The notes beneath the pieces are model-generated. The model was not told the origin of the DNA and did not search any database. It saw only the letters and a list, made by a program, of their open reading frames with translations. Both the position numbers and the translations under genes were made by a program. From contig JAUVNS010000001.1 in NCBI GenBank assembly GCA_030599585.1, forward strand, positions 32,001 to 96,000: DNA of 64,000 nt. The letters run 5' to 3'. The DNA comes from Promethearchaeota archaeon (GTDB lineage: Archaea > Asgardarchaeota > Lokiarchaeia > Sigyniarchaeales > SOKP01). Shown in pieces: positions 19,025 through 28,642 of the stretch. Positions within the stretch are counted from its first letter, which is position 1. The number at the start of each line of letters is the position of its first letter.

Positions 19025-20329
19025 ATGGTAAAAGAAATAACAGTAGAACCAGTCACTCGATTAGAGGGACATGGTGGATTAAGAGTTGTCATAGGAGATG
19101 ACGGTAAGGTAAAAGACGCTCAGTTTAACATAACTTCGACACGATTTTTCGAGAAATTTCTTGAAGGACGTTATTGCGAACATATACCGAGAATCACGCC
19201 TAGAATTTGCGGAATTTGTCCAATCCCACATCATTTAACTCCCACTAAAGCAATAGAAGATGCTTGGGGCGTTAAAATACCAGAACCCGCTCGAAAATTA
19301 CGAATTTTGCTACAAAATGCGAAACAATATTCTTCACATATGCTTCATTTTTATGCATTAGCAGCACCTGATTTCTTACTGGGGCCTTTTGCGGATCCAG
19401 CTTTGAGGAATGTTGTTCATGTGATAAACAAGATGCCCGATGTTGGGGCAATGGCATTGAAGATGATGGATTTTGGTCAAAAACTATGCGCTGAAATCGG
19501 TGGAAAGTCAGTTCACCCCGTTTCTGCAATTGTAGGCGGGATGAAAAAACCAATGGACGAAGCCGCAAGGGATAAGTTCCTAAAAATGGTCCCTGAACAA
19601 GTTGATTTCATGTTGAAGACAGTTGATATTGCTCTAAAAGTTGTAACCGATTATTGGGATGTCGTTGCTAATGTAGGTGTTGTACCAACTTACTATCTTG
19701 GTATGACTAAGAACGGAGTACACGATATTTACGAAGGTGATCTTAGGATAGTTACACCTGAAGGCAAGAAGATTGATTACGACGTTCATAATTATTTGGA
19801 CGTACTTGGCGAACATATTCCAGAACATTCGTATGCAACACATATGTATTATAAACCAGCAGGATATCCCGATGGAATTTATCGAGCCAATACTCTGGCA
19901 ATGACGAATTGTGCTGATAAAATGGCAACACCTTTAGCTGACAAGGCTTTAAAGGAAATGAAAGCCAAAATTGGCGATGTGTCGCATCATACCTTTGCTT
20001 ATCATTGGGCACGAATTATTGAAGCTGTGGAGTCAATTGAATTAATCGCAAAATATCTTGAAGACCCTGATATAGTGAATCCTGATTGTAAAACTTTGGA
20101 TGTGCAACCAAGAGAAGGAAATGGTGTAGCGATAACTGAGGCCCCTAGAGGCTTATTGTTGTATCATATCTGGTCTGATGCTGAAGGAATATGTAAGAAA
20201 GCAAATCTCTTAGTAGCAACTAATCATAACATTGCTGGAATTGAAAAGACGCTAATGCATGTTGCCAAACAAGTGTTTGAAGATAAGGCACTAGAAGGAT
20301 TAAAATTACCAGACCCTTGGATTAATTAA
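19025..20329 (+). CDS. vhuA: Group 3c hydrogenase large subunit lacking the C-terminal L2 motif (split type)
   Basis: PVTRLEGHG, L1 RICGICPIPH, EAPRG, VATNHN; no DPCxxCxxH before the stop. Confidence 0.92.
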   Translation: MVKEITVEPVTRLEGHGGLRVVIGDDGKVKDAQFNITSTRFFEKFLEGRYCEHIPRITPRICGICPIPHHLTPTKAIEDAWGVKIPEPARKLRILLQNAKQYSSHMLHFYALAAPDFLLGPFADPALRNVVHVINKMPDVGAMALKMMDFGQKLCAEIGGKSVHPVSAIVGGMKKPMDEAARDKFLKMVPEQVDFMLKTVDIALKVVTDYWDVVANVGVVPTYYLGMTKNGVHDIYEGDLRIVTPEGKKIDYDVHNYLDVLGEHIPEHSYATHMYYKPAGYPDGIYRANTLAMTNCADKMATPLADKALKEMKAKIGDVSHHTFAYHWARIIEAVESIELIAKYLEDPDIVNPDCKTLDVQPREGNGVAITEAPRGLLLYHIWSDAEGICKKANLLVATNHNIAGIEKTLMHVAKQVFEDKALEGLKLPDPWIN

Positions 20330-20353
20330 AAAAGAGGAAACCGTGATTAAAAA

Positions 20354-20506
20354 ATGAGCGAAGAAATACCGGAAGGAGTAGTAAACCTTTTAGAAATGAT
20401 TGTGCGTTGCTTCGATTGTTGACTATCGTGTGCAGCCCACATAACCGTTGTTAAAGAAAACGGGGAAGAGATTTACTCTCGCAAGTTGAACGTTGGCTTA
20501 GGATGA
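20354..20506 (+). CDS. vhuU: Selenoprotein VhuU (separately encoded L2 peptide, Sec at TGA 20420-20422)
   Basis: Not in ORF track. MSEEIPEGVVNLLEMIVRCFDC[TGA]LSCAAHITVVKENGEEIYSRKLNVGLG*; the TGA sits at the first Ni-ligand position of L2. Confidence 0.93.
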
Positions 20507-20563
20507 ATATCCAATAAAAACAATAGATTGGATACAACGCCCCCTGCCCGGGGTAAAAGCCAA
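20491..20563 (+). promoter_or_regulatory. Candidate SECIS-like structured 3' element of vhuU
   Basis: ATGA, then 8-bp stem TATCCAAT(20508-15)/ATTGGATA(20527-34) with A-rich loop; outer TTGGCTT/AAGCCAA pairing; GC hairpin at about 20539-20554. Lacks the canonical 3' GA. Confidence 0.45.
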
Positions 20564-20604
20564 TAAATATATAAAATAAATGGAAATGAAAAATTGGAAA
20601 AGAC

Positions 20605-21120
20605 GTGAAAAAAATGACAGTAGATTTTGAATTTCGAAAACAAGTTATGGATTATCATATCGGGTCTGATTTAATTAAGTATTGTTATCAATGTAGTCGT
20701 TGTGCAGATAATTGTCCAGTTAGTGCTGTGACGACAGACTTCTATGGGACTACAGGATACAATCCAAGAAGTAATATTCTTAATGCTTTGTTAGGATACA
20801 AGGATGCGATATTTTCTGCTGATGCCTTGACTATTTGGGGTTGTACAGTATGCGATACATGCGACGAGGTTTGTCCACAGAACATTGAATTAACTGAGAT
20901 TTTTACGCTTTTAAAGAATCAAAGTGTAGCAAATGGAGATGCGCCTGATTTTATTTATTCGCAAGCAAAAGCAATTTTTGACAATGCGAAGGCTATTCCA
21001 TCTCAGCCTGCTATAGTCCGTAGACGAGAACAATTTGGTCTACCCGCTGTTGCGGAGCCAGATGTTAGTGAATTCCAAACTTTATTAAAAAACATGGGAG
21101 TAGATAAAAAACTTAAATAA
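20605..21120 (+). CDS. hdrC: Heterodisulfide reductase subunit C
   Basis: CYQCSRCADNCP, IWGCTVCDTCDEVCPQ; upstream of hdrB. Confidence 0.9.
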   Translation: MKKMTVDFEFRKQVMDYHIGSDLIKYCYQCSRCADNCPVSAVTTDFYGTTGYNPRSNILNALLGYKDAIFSADALTIWGCTVCDTCDEVCPQNIELTEIFTLLKNQSVANGDAPDFIYSQAKAIFDNAKAIPSQPAIVRRREQFGLPAVAEPDVSEFQTLLKNMGVDKKLK

Positions 21121-21135
21121 GAGGTATAAAAAAAG

Positions 21136-22008
21136 ATGACAGAATATAAAATGTTTGAAGGTTGTGTACTCGGAAACCGTATACCAGCTATAGAAGCCGC
21201 ATGTAGAAAAGTTTTTGATAAAGTGGGTATTGAAACATCGCAAGCGCCCTTTTCTTGTTGCCCTGATCCTACGGGCATGAAATCGTTTGATAATGACGCT
21301 TGGTTAGCAATTGGCGCGAGAAACTTATGTTTAGCTGAAGCTGAAGGAAAAGACATAATTTCTTTATGTAATGGTTGTACTAATACGCTTCGAGGCGTTC
21401 AGCATCAATTAAAACACGATTCGTGGAAAATGGACAAGATAAATGGTGAACTCGCTAAAATCGGGAAGGAATACAAAGGATCCATTGATATTAAACACTT
21501 TGTAGATGTGCTAAGCGACAATTTAGACAAGGTCAAAGGAGCAATTACTAAGCCACTTGAGGGTCTAAAAGTTGCTGTCCATCCAGGATGTCATTATATG
21601 CGCCCTGGTGAGTGGATGGAATCAGACGATCCCATGAGGCCAACAACGTTAAAGAAGCTCGTAGAAGCAAGTGGAGCAACCGTAGTTGATTATGGAGAGG
21701 AAATTTTATGTTGCGGGAATGCCGTAACTAACGCTTACCCTGAACACGGATTTGCTAACTTAAAGATTAAGATGGATGCTATCAAAAAATCTGGCGCAGA
21801 TGTGATTGCAGTAAATTGTCCTGCGTGTTATCAACAATTCGATGAAAAGCAGAGAGATTTAGGCAAGAAATACGAGACTGAATACGGGATTCCAGCGATG
21901 TATATCACAGAGCTTTACGCTTTGGCGATGGGCTTCACTCCAGAAGATATCGGCTTGAAATTTCACAGAACTCGATTAAAATCCACGTTAGAAAAACTTG
22001 GACTATAA
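21136..22008 (+). CDS. hdrB: Heterodisulfide reductase subunit B
   Basis: GC, SCCP, ARNLCLAE, CNGC, HPGCHYMRP, CCG, CPACYQQFD. Confidence 0.93.
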   Translation: MTEYKMFEGCVLGNRIPAIEAACRKVFDKVGIETSQAPFSCCPDPTGMKSFDNDAWLAIGARNLCLAEAEGKDIISLCNGCTNTLRGVQHQLKHDSWKMDKINGELAKIGKEYKGSIDIKHFVDVLSDNLDKVKGAITKPLEGLKVAVHPGCHYMRPGEWMESDDPMRPTTLKKLVEASGATVVDYGEEILCCGNAVTNAYPEHGFANLKIKMDAIKKSGADVIAVNCPACYQQFDEKQRDLGKKYETEYGIPAMYITELYALAMGFTPEDIGLKFHRTRLKSTLEKLGL

Positions 22009-22025
22009 ATAACCAAATTTATAAC

Positions 22026-22047
22026 TTTATTTTTTTATTTTTTTATT
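22026..22047 (+). terminator. Oligo-T terminator after the vhu-hdr operon
   Basis: T-rich tract shortly after the hdrB stop. Confidence 0.5.
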
Positions 22048-22268
22048 CTTACTTATTATTAAGAGTTATTTTCAATTTCTCCGAATGAAATTATATACCA
22101 GATTCTCCTATTAATTCAAAATAAACCTTTAATTGGGTAATAGATTATAATCTAAAGCAGTCATAACAATTAAAAATCTCAAAAAATAATTGTAGCTTGA
22201 GAAAAATAATGATTATGTACTCAATAAGTTCGATTCCCTAAATACTACACATGTAATTATCACTTGAT

Positions 22269-23402
22269 TTAATGAATTTTTATAACTTTACCGAAATTTT
22301 TATCTTTTATTCTCTTCTCCTTAAGTAAAGCCTTATTTTTCGAGATAACTTGATACATATCAATGAAACTTTTTGGAGGTATCGATTCTTCTTTTTTTTT
22401 GACTAGTTTTCGTGCATTTTCCGGACATCTTGGAATACAAACGCCACAACCTATACAATAGCCTAAATTAACTTCAGAAACTCCATTTTCATTAATTTTA
22501 GTCGCATCCATGTGGCAACTCGGGACGCAATCGCCGCAACCTTTACAAATTTCTTCGTTAATGGATAGGTAATAATTAGAAGTGATATATTGTGCGGGAT
22601 TTTCATATTTTTTAAGATTTTCTAGAACCATACATGAGCAACCACAACAGCAACAAATCATAGATGGTTTCTGAGAGTTGGTTGGGCAAAGAACCATTCC
22701 CCTTTCCTGTGCCATTCGTAGGACCTCAAGAGCTTCTTCTTTTGTAACTTCACGACCTTGATTCAAATTAACTCGTGAGCCTTTACCAAATGTTAAGCAA
22801 GTTTCTTTTGGGTGGTCACAACCCTTTCCCTGTATTTCTTTTGATTGTCTACATATGCAAGGGCTTAAAAAAAAAGTTGTGTGAACATTATCTAAAAGAC
22901 TTGTAATCTCATCATAATTGGAGATATTATATTCTATAGGGATACTTTTTTCAATAGGGATTGTTCTTAGTTGAATAATACCATTTTCCAACATTTTAGA
23001 CATAAATCCTTCATCACAATACTGATCAAAATCTTCTGCAAATTCTTTTGTAAGTTTATCAATTTGAAAATCAATAAATCCAATAGCTAAAGGGACGATA
23101 CCAAAATAATTTATTCCCTCTTTAGATTTAATCCAATTTATTGAACCTTTTTTTGCCAGTGTGAGAAGCTTATTAGAAAACTGTTCTAGGGTCCAACCAT
23201 TCTTTTTAAAAGGTCTAAATAGTTTTTTTGCCTCCTGAGGAATTACTTTTAACCTTAATGCAATTTCTGCTTCTTGAGGGGTAAAAAGGTGCTTTAAAAT
23301 CCTAATTTCAACCCCCGATTCTGTCTCAGGATAGTCTATTGGAAGTGTATCAAGATATTGTTGAAGTTTTCTATAGACATCGCCGTTGTTTTTAGAAATC
23401 AT
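22269..23402 (-). CDS. Multi-Cys 4Fe-4S dicluster protein
   Basis: ILKHLFTPQEAEIA N-domain, CICR, CCCCGCSC, two ferredoxin CxxCxxCxxxC motifs. Confidence 0.85.
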   Translation of the reverse strand: MISKNNGDVYRKLQQYLDTLPIDYPETESGVEIRILKHLFTPQEAEIALRLKVIPQEAKKLFRPFKKNGWTLEQFSNKLLTLAKKGSINWIKSKEGINYFGIVPLAIGFIDFQIDKLTKEFAEDFDQYCDEGFMSKMLENGIIQLRTIPIEKSIPIEYNISNYDEITSLLDNVHTTFFLSPCICRQSKEIQGKGCDHPKETCLTFGKGSRVNLNQGREVTKEEALEVLRMAQERGMVLCPTNSQKPSMICCCCGCSCMVLENLKKYENPAQYITSNYYLSINEEICKGCGDCVPSCHMDATKINENGVSEVNLGYCIGCGVCIPRCPENARKLVKKKEESIPPKSFIDMYQVISKNKALLKEKRIKDKNFGKVIKIH

Positions 23403-23501
23403 AAAATGATAATTAATTTTAATATTTAAAAAGTTTATAGTTGCTTAGAGGAAGAGAACACTTCAATAGGCAAAAATTGAATAATACGAACAACATTCTT
23501 T

Positions 23502-23580
23502 TCAAAAAATAATTAGGTTAAGAATTATAATATCAATTATTAAAATAACAGATACTTTTTGAAAATTAACCTGTTGTTAA
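23502..23580. repeat. Direct repeat copy 1 flanking the SRPBCC gene
   Basis: TCAAAAAATAATTAGGTTAAGAATTATAATATCAATTATTAA; 40/42 identical to the copy at 24118, weaker similarity beyond. Confidence 0.85.
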
Positions 23581-23585
23581 GATGT

Positions 23586-24017
23586 TTATGGGCTTACCAT
23601 GAGTTGCTTCTTATCAAAGTCCTCTGCATTTCCTCCTTCTTCTAGAAAATCTACAAAATTCTTTAAAGCTTTTAGGGTTAACTCACCAACCTTCTCGTAA
23701 CCCTTTGCCAATTTTTTGTTATCCAAATCGACCCATAAAGTTGTTTCAACAATATCTCCTTTAGGTTCTAAAATATAACCAAGAGAATTCATGGTGCTAT
23801 TCTTCATATGCCAAGTTACGTATTCATTTTCAACCTGTTCCCAATCTACAATAAAAATATCTCCTATAGAAGATTTTAGATGAAATTCTTTTCCTTCCTC
23901 TTTTTCTGTTATTTCATCAACACCAAGATTCCATTTTGTAATAATTTCTGCATCAATAAGAATATCATAAATTCTTTTTGGACTTGATTTAATTTCAATT
24001 TTTTTCTCCATTCTCAT
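23586..24017 (-). CDS. SRPBCC/START-fold protein
   Basis: IEIKSSPKRIYDIL..W N-terminus and LKALKNFVD C-terminal helix. Confidence 0.75.
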   Translation of the reverse strand: MRMEKKIEIKSSPKRIYDILIDAEIITKWNLGVDEITEKEEGKEFHLKSSIGDIFIVDWEQVENEYVTWHMKNSTMNSLGYILEPKGDIVETTLWVDLDNKKLAKGYEKVGELTLKALKNFVDFLEEGGNAEDFDKKQLMVSP

Positions 24018-24117
24018 TTAAAAATTACCTCTATTTGATTTTAGGTAGAAATAATGTCAACATAATTTTTATACATTTGTGTCGCTATTTTGAAAATAGA
24101 TTGAATATGTTATACAA

Positions 24118-24205
24118 TCAAAAAATAATTAGGGTAAGAATTATAGTATCAATTATTAATTTTTAAAATAGCAGATTTTTTATTTGAAAATCGAATTGCT
24201 GCTAA
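24118..24205. repeat. Direct repeat copy 2
   Basis: TCAAAAAATAATTAGGGTAAGAATTATAGTATCAATTATTAA. Confidence 0.85.
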
Positions 24206-24242
24206 TAAGTATAAGAGAATCGTTTTTTAGTGTGATTTACGA

Positions 24243-25226
24243 ATGCAAAAATTTATTTCAGACTACGATGATGATGATACAACTGTTTCTTCGAAGTATA
24301 ATGGCCCGAAATTTGATGCCCACGTTCATTTAGGGAGTATGAAAGGTATTCATAATTTAATTAAGTACAGAGAAGAGTTTAACATAAAAAAATCGGTCGG
24401 TATTGTCTGGGACGATAAGACTGATGTATATGAGAAAAGATTTCCAGATAAGTTTGTGCTGGCAAAGTATTTTAGAAGTAAGCATATGTTTACTGCAAAC
24501 CCGGATTCTAAATTGTTAACGGAAGAGATAGAAAAAATTTACCAACAAGGATTTCCAATTGTTAAATTCTGGTTTGGACCGAGAGTGAGAGACTACGTAA
24601 AAGAATACTTCAAATTAGAACCAAAAACAATTCACTTATCTGATCCCATTTTTAAATCCATATTCGCTAAGATGGAAGAATTGGGGCTCTATTTATTAAT
24701 TCACGTTAGCGATCCTGATCAATGGTATGAGAAAGTGTATCAACCGGTTAGCCGATATGGTACAAAGAAAGAGCATTTAGATGATTTTGAGGAGGTTTTG
24801 TCAAGTTTTCCAAAATTAAAAGTGCTCCAAGCACATTTTGGGAGTCAACCAGAAGATCTAGACCATTTATCGAGGTGGTTTGAATCATATCCAAATTACT
24901 ATGTAGATATGTCTTCAGCAAGATGGATGGCACGAGAGCTTGGGAGGGATCCAGAAAAAGCACGGGAATTTTTCATTAAATATTCAGACAGGATTCTTTT
25001 TGGGTCCGATCTTGTACAGGATCGAAACAAACCCGTTTCCACCTATTATCGAACTCGTTATTTTACGTTTCAAGCAATTTTAGAGACTTCGGTCAGAGAT
25101 TTACCTTTACCTTTTCCAGATCCTGAAAATAATAATGAAACAAAGATTAATGGGTTGGATCTTCCCTTAGATATCTTAAAGAAAATTTATTGGGAAAACG
25201 CAAATAAGTTCCTCAAACTCACTTGA
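24243..25226 (+). CDS. Amidohydrolase_2 family metallohydrolase
   Basis: DAHVH, IHVSDP, AHFG, DRILFGSD, KIYWENA. Confidence 0.88.
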   Translation: MQKFISDYDDDDTTVSSKYNGPKFDAHVHLGSMKGIHNLIKYREEFNIKKSVGIVWDDKTDVYEKRFPDKFVLAKYFRSKHMFTANPDSKLLTEEIEKIYQQGFPIVKFWFGPRVRDYVKEYFKLEPKTIHLSDPIFKSIFAKMEELGLYLLIHVSDPDQWYEKVYQPVSRYGTKKEHLDDFEEVLSSFPKLKVLQAHFGSQPEDLDHLSRWFESYPNYYVDMSSARWMARELGRDPEKAREFFIKYSDRILFGSDLVQDRNKPVSTYYRTRYFTFQAILETSVRDLPLPFPDPENNNETKINGLDLPLDILKKIYWENANKFLKLT

Positions 25227-25236
25227 ATCGTTAAAC

Positions 25237-26946
25237 TTAGAGAAAAATTTCCATTCCAGGGGGAAGCCACGGTTTGTAAATTCGCATGTGATCTTTAAAG
25301 AAATTTGAAAAACCATTTTTTAAACATAAATCTAACCAATGAAATACTACTTCTTGCCCATGTTTTTCTTTAGAGATTTTTCCGAACATATTACTCAAAT
25401 AACTTCCGACAATATTTTTATGTTCTGAAGGTATATCTGTTGCTTGGATATTTACTAAGATATTTTCAAGTTGCTCCATGTAAGATTTAAAATTTGTTAA
25501 GAGTTCTAATATTTTAGCTCTATCTTGAGGATAATCCTTGGGTTTAGTATTTAATTTACTAAACTTGCCAAGATTTTTCATAAGACCTTTAATGTTGTCT
25601 AAAAAGTGTGGTATATTTAATTTGACTAAATCTTGTTCTAATTTCCTAGTTATAAAAGTATTCATTGTTATTTTATTGTAGAAATAAATAACTGGTAAAG
25701 AAATTGTTTTGTCAAACTGTTTAATTAACGGGATTCCCATTGTATAATATCTGGCTTCACCAGTACCTGCAATATGAATTGCTGGTTTGATGGTTTTTGA
25801 AACTAAATATTGGCGTGATTCAACTCTTGGAGTAAAAAAAGCAACGTGTTCAGAAAGATCAGGGCTATCCTTTTCGAGGCTAAAATCTATTAAATTCCCG
25901 CAATTATCGCACTCACATTTAACATGGATCATTGAGGTATAGTCTTGCCCGGTTAATTCCAACCTTCTGCAGTTACACTGTTCGTTATCGCACTCATAAA
26001 AAAAGGGGACAAAATCACGTCTAATCTCTCTTAAGGGAGGGCGAATATTATGCTCCATAAATTGATTTTTCAAATTGATATAAGTATCAACATACCTACT
26101 TTGATTCTCTAATAGAGTTTCATAAAATGGCGTTAATAGCTTCTTAAATTCTAAATCTGAAGCAGAAATGAAAAGATATCCTTGGTCAAAGATAACATTG
26201 GAAATTGTCCCAATTATGTTGATGAACCAATCTGTATAGTTCTCTGCGTTATTGTGGGCTATTTTGATTAATCGAAACGCTTCTTCTAGCCGTTCTTCTA
26301 ATAGCTTTTTATGCCAATTATCTTCTACACTGGAATTAATAGAATTACTGTATTTTTTTCTAATTTCTTGAAATTGCTCCATGAGATAAGATACAGATGG
26401 TAGCGGAAGATTTCTAATTCTCATTCCAAGAAATTCCTTTTCTATTTCAGGTTTTATTGAAATTGAAAATCCATTAGGGGAATCGCTTTGGGAAAATTTA
26501 GTTTTTATTAATTCTGAATGAATCTTATCATAATCAGCAACGTAAAAAATTGGAATTACGTTAGGATCAAGGTTGGTGAAAGCTGCTCCGCATGCAATTT
26601 TGTTAAAAAGAAACCTTTCACCACCTAAAAATTTTGGTTGATGTGAAACTTCTAAGTTAAGACTATTATTATCGGTAAGAAAATTTTCCAAATGTCTTTT
26701 GGCTTTGCCAGTTAGCAGATTATATTTCTTATTTGTGTTTTCAAAAATTTTTCCCAGTGCTACTTTTATTTTTTCATTATTTGTATCTTTTTCCGTTTCT
26801 CTATTTACTTTCTTTGCAAGTAAAATGGCATCGCTCATAGTTTGGGGTATAAGACCTTTCATACCTTCAGAAATCCAAGATTTTTGTCCTTCTAAGGCAT
26901 ATAACAAGTAATATTTTAATGGGTCTTCGAATTTATCGTTCGACAT
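25237..26946 (-). CDS. BshC-like (bacillithiol cysteine-adding) protein
   Basis: SHQPKFLGG, PIFYVADYD, PFFYEC, AGTGEARYY resemble BshC motifs; BshC-like length; directly after bshB1. Confidence 0.65.
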   Translation of the reverse strand: MSNDKFEDPLKYYLLYALEGQKSWISEGMKGLIPQTMSDAILLAKKVNRETEKDTNNEKIKVALGKIFENTNKKYNLLTGKAKRHLENFLTDNNSLNLEVSHQPKFLGGERFLFNKIACGAAFTNLDPNVIPIFYVADYDKIHSELIKTKFSQSDSPNGFSISIKPEIEKEFLGMRIRNLPLPSVSYLMEQFQEIRKKYSNSINSSVEDNWHKKLLEERLEEAFRLIKIAHNNAENYTDWFINIIGTISNVIFDQGYLFISASDLEFKKLLTPFYETLLENQSRYVDTYINLKNQFMEHNIRPPLREIRRDFVPFFYECDNEQCNCRRLELTGQDYTSMIHVKCECDNCGNLIDFSLEKDSPDLSEHVAFFTPRVESRQYLVSKTIKPAIHIAGTGEARYYTMGIPLIKQFDKTISLPVIYFYNKITMNTFITRKLEQDLVKLNIPHFLDNIKGLMKNLGKFSKLNTKPKDYPQDRAKILELLTNFKSYMEQLENILVNIQATDIPSEHKNIVGSYLSNMFGKISKEKHGQEVVFHWLDLCLKNGFSNFFKDHMRIYKPWLPPGMEIFL

Positions 26947-26957
26947 ATTTATTTTAC

Positions 26958-27653
26958 CTACAATTTCAAGTTTTCAAAATCCAGCATTAAATGTTCAGGA
27001 TTAATAAATCCTTCAGCGAATTTTACCCCTATTTGATATCCCAAATATCCGGCACGTTCTTTTATATAATCAAAAATCCTTAAATGCTTTTTATTATCAA
27101 CAAACTGTGATTTATAGGCTTTAAGCGCATTTATTTTTTCTTCGATTGAATCAGAAATATCGATTAAAAAGTCCAATTTTCGATTCTTATCTTTTAAATG
27201 TGAATGATCAAAATAAAAAACATATTTTGGGTAGTATTCTCGATATTCGGATTCAGTTTTTGTTAGTTTTGCTTGAAATTTAGCGGCATTAACAATCCGG
27301 TGACAAGCTATGTGATCTGGGTGCCAATCATTGGATGGATGGGTAATGAGAATATTGGGTTTATATTTTCTAATCACTTCAGAAACTTTTTTTCTATTCT
27401 CTATTGTATTTTCAATATATCTATTTGTCATATCGAGAGTAATTCTTAGATCTAGATTTAAAATTTCAGAAGCTGCTTTAGCCTCAGCCATCCTTTTTTC
27501 TACAGTACCGAATGGAGTAGGTTCTCCATTTGATAAATCCAGCACTCCAATTTTTTTACCCTTTTTCTTGTAATGGGCAATTGTTCCTCCACATCCGATT
27601 TCTGCGTCATCAGGATGGGCTCCTATTACTAAAATATCTAATTCAAGCTTCAT
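26958..27653 (-). CDS. bshB1: Bacillithiol-type GlcNAc deacetylase (PIG-L/LmbE family)
   Basis: AHPDDAEIGCGGTIA, DLSNGE, HPDH, DISD..K..A..AYKSQF, GVKFAEGF. Confidence 0.85.
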   Translation of the reverse strand: MKLELDILVIGAHPDDAEIGCGGTIAHYKKKGKKIGVLDLSNGEPTPFGTVEKRMAEAKAASEILNLDLRITLDMTNRYIENTIENRKKVSEVIRKYKPNILITHPSNDWHPDHIACHRIVNAAKFQAKLTKTESEYREYYPKYVFYFDHSHLKDKNRKLDFLIDISDSIEEKINALKAYKSQFVDNKKHLRIFDYIKERAGYLGYQIGVKFAEGFINPEHLMLDFENLKL

Positions 27654-27662
27654 TTTATTCTA

Positions 27663-28568
27663 CTAAGTTTCCAGTTCTTTAATTTGTGTAAATATTGATT
27701 CTTGTATTTTTTTAAAATTATATTTATTAATATCATCCACACCATTGAAATAATCTGAAAAAATTGACTTAAAAACATTAATATTTGTTTTTAAGGGAGT
27801 ATTCACAAGTGATTCAATTAACTGAATATATCTTTCAATTCTTTCTTCTCCTTTTTTAAACAAAAAGCTATCTTTTGCATTTTTTAAAATTGCATCTCTA
27901 TCTTTATATATTACTGGAACTCCTTTTTCAACAATTTTGTACCCTTTTTTCATTGATTTAATCCAGATTTCGATGGGTATTTCATATCCGTTTATTTCTA
28001 AATCCAAATCATTAATTGCATTACATTCATATGCCTTTAAACCACAAAATGCGTCTGTAATAGAAAATCCGAGTGTATTGAGAATTCCCGTGATGATCGC
28101 ATTCACAAGAAATCTATCTTTCCAAGGTTTTTGCCATGAATGTTCTAAATTTTTATATCTTGACCCCGAAATAATTTGATCTGTTGGTTTTTCAAGAATT
28201 AGATCAATAAACTTGTATAAATAGTTTGGTTCATGTTGGCCATCCATATCGAACGATATTATCCAAGAAAATTTCATTTCTTTAGCGTATTTAAAACCTC
28301 TTATGAGTGTATACCCATAACCTTTATTTTCTTTAAAATTAACAATAGAAAAAAGAGAATCATGATTGTTTTTATCCAAAATTTGCATAGTTCCATCTGT
28401 AGAACCATCATTAATGATAAGGATTTTCAAATTAAATTCGCTGCTTCTTTGCGAATTTTGTTTTACACAACGGAGATGCTCTAGTATATGTTCAATGTTT
28501 TCTTCTTCATTAAAACACGGGATTAGTAAGAGAATATCAATTATTTTTTCAGAAATATCGATAACCAA
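27663..28568 (-). CDS. Glycosyltransferase family 2 (DPM1-like)
   Basis: IPCFNEE, INDGSTD, NKGYG, DMDGQH, SGSR, TDAFCGLKAY. Confidence 0.9.
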   Translation of the reverse strand: MVIDISEKIIDILLLIPCFNEEENIEHILEHLRCVKQNSQRSSEFNLKILIINDGSTDGTMQILDKNNHDSLFSIVNFKENKGYGYTLIRGFKYAKEMKFSWIISFDMDGQHEPNYLYKFIDLILEKPTDQIISGSRYKNLEHSWQKPWKDRFLVNAIITGILNTLGFSITDAFCGLKAYECNAINDLDLEINGYEIPIEIWIKSMKKGYKIVEKGVPVIYKDRDAILKNAKDSFLFKKGEERIERYIQLIESLVNTPLKTNINVFKSIFSDYFNGVDDINKYNFKKIQESIFTQIKELET

Positions 28569-28642
28569 TCATTTTTTATAAATCTTCATTGAAATAATGC
28601 ATCAAAATTTTTAGAATTGTTGATTTTGAGTTATAAGAAATC

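Noticed and set aside
20504-20566. Read-through of the second vhuU TGA as another Sec
   Set aside because: No redox or metal motif context; it lies in the tail expected to be cleaved off, so it is treated as the stop
20473-20658. 61-aa minus-strand ORF
   Set aside because: Antisense to vhuU and hdrC, both of which are well supported
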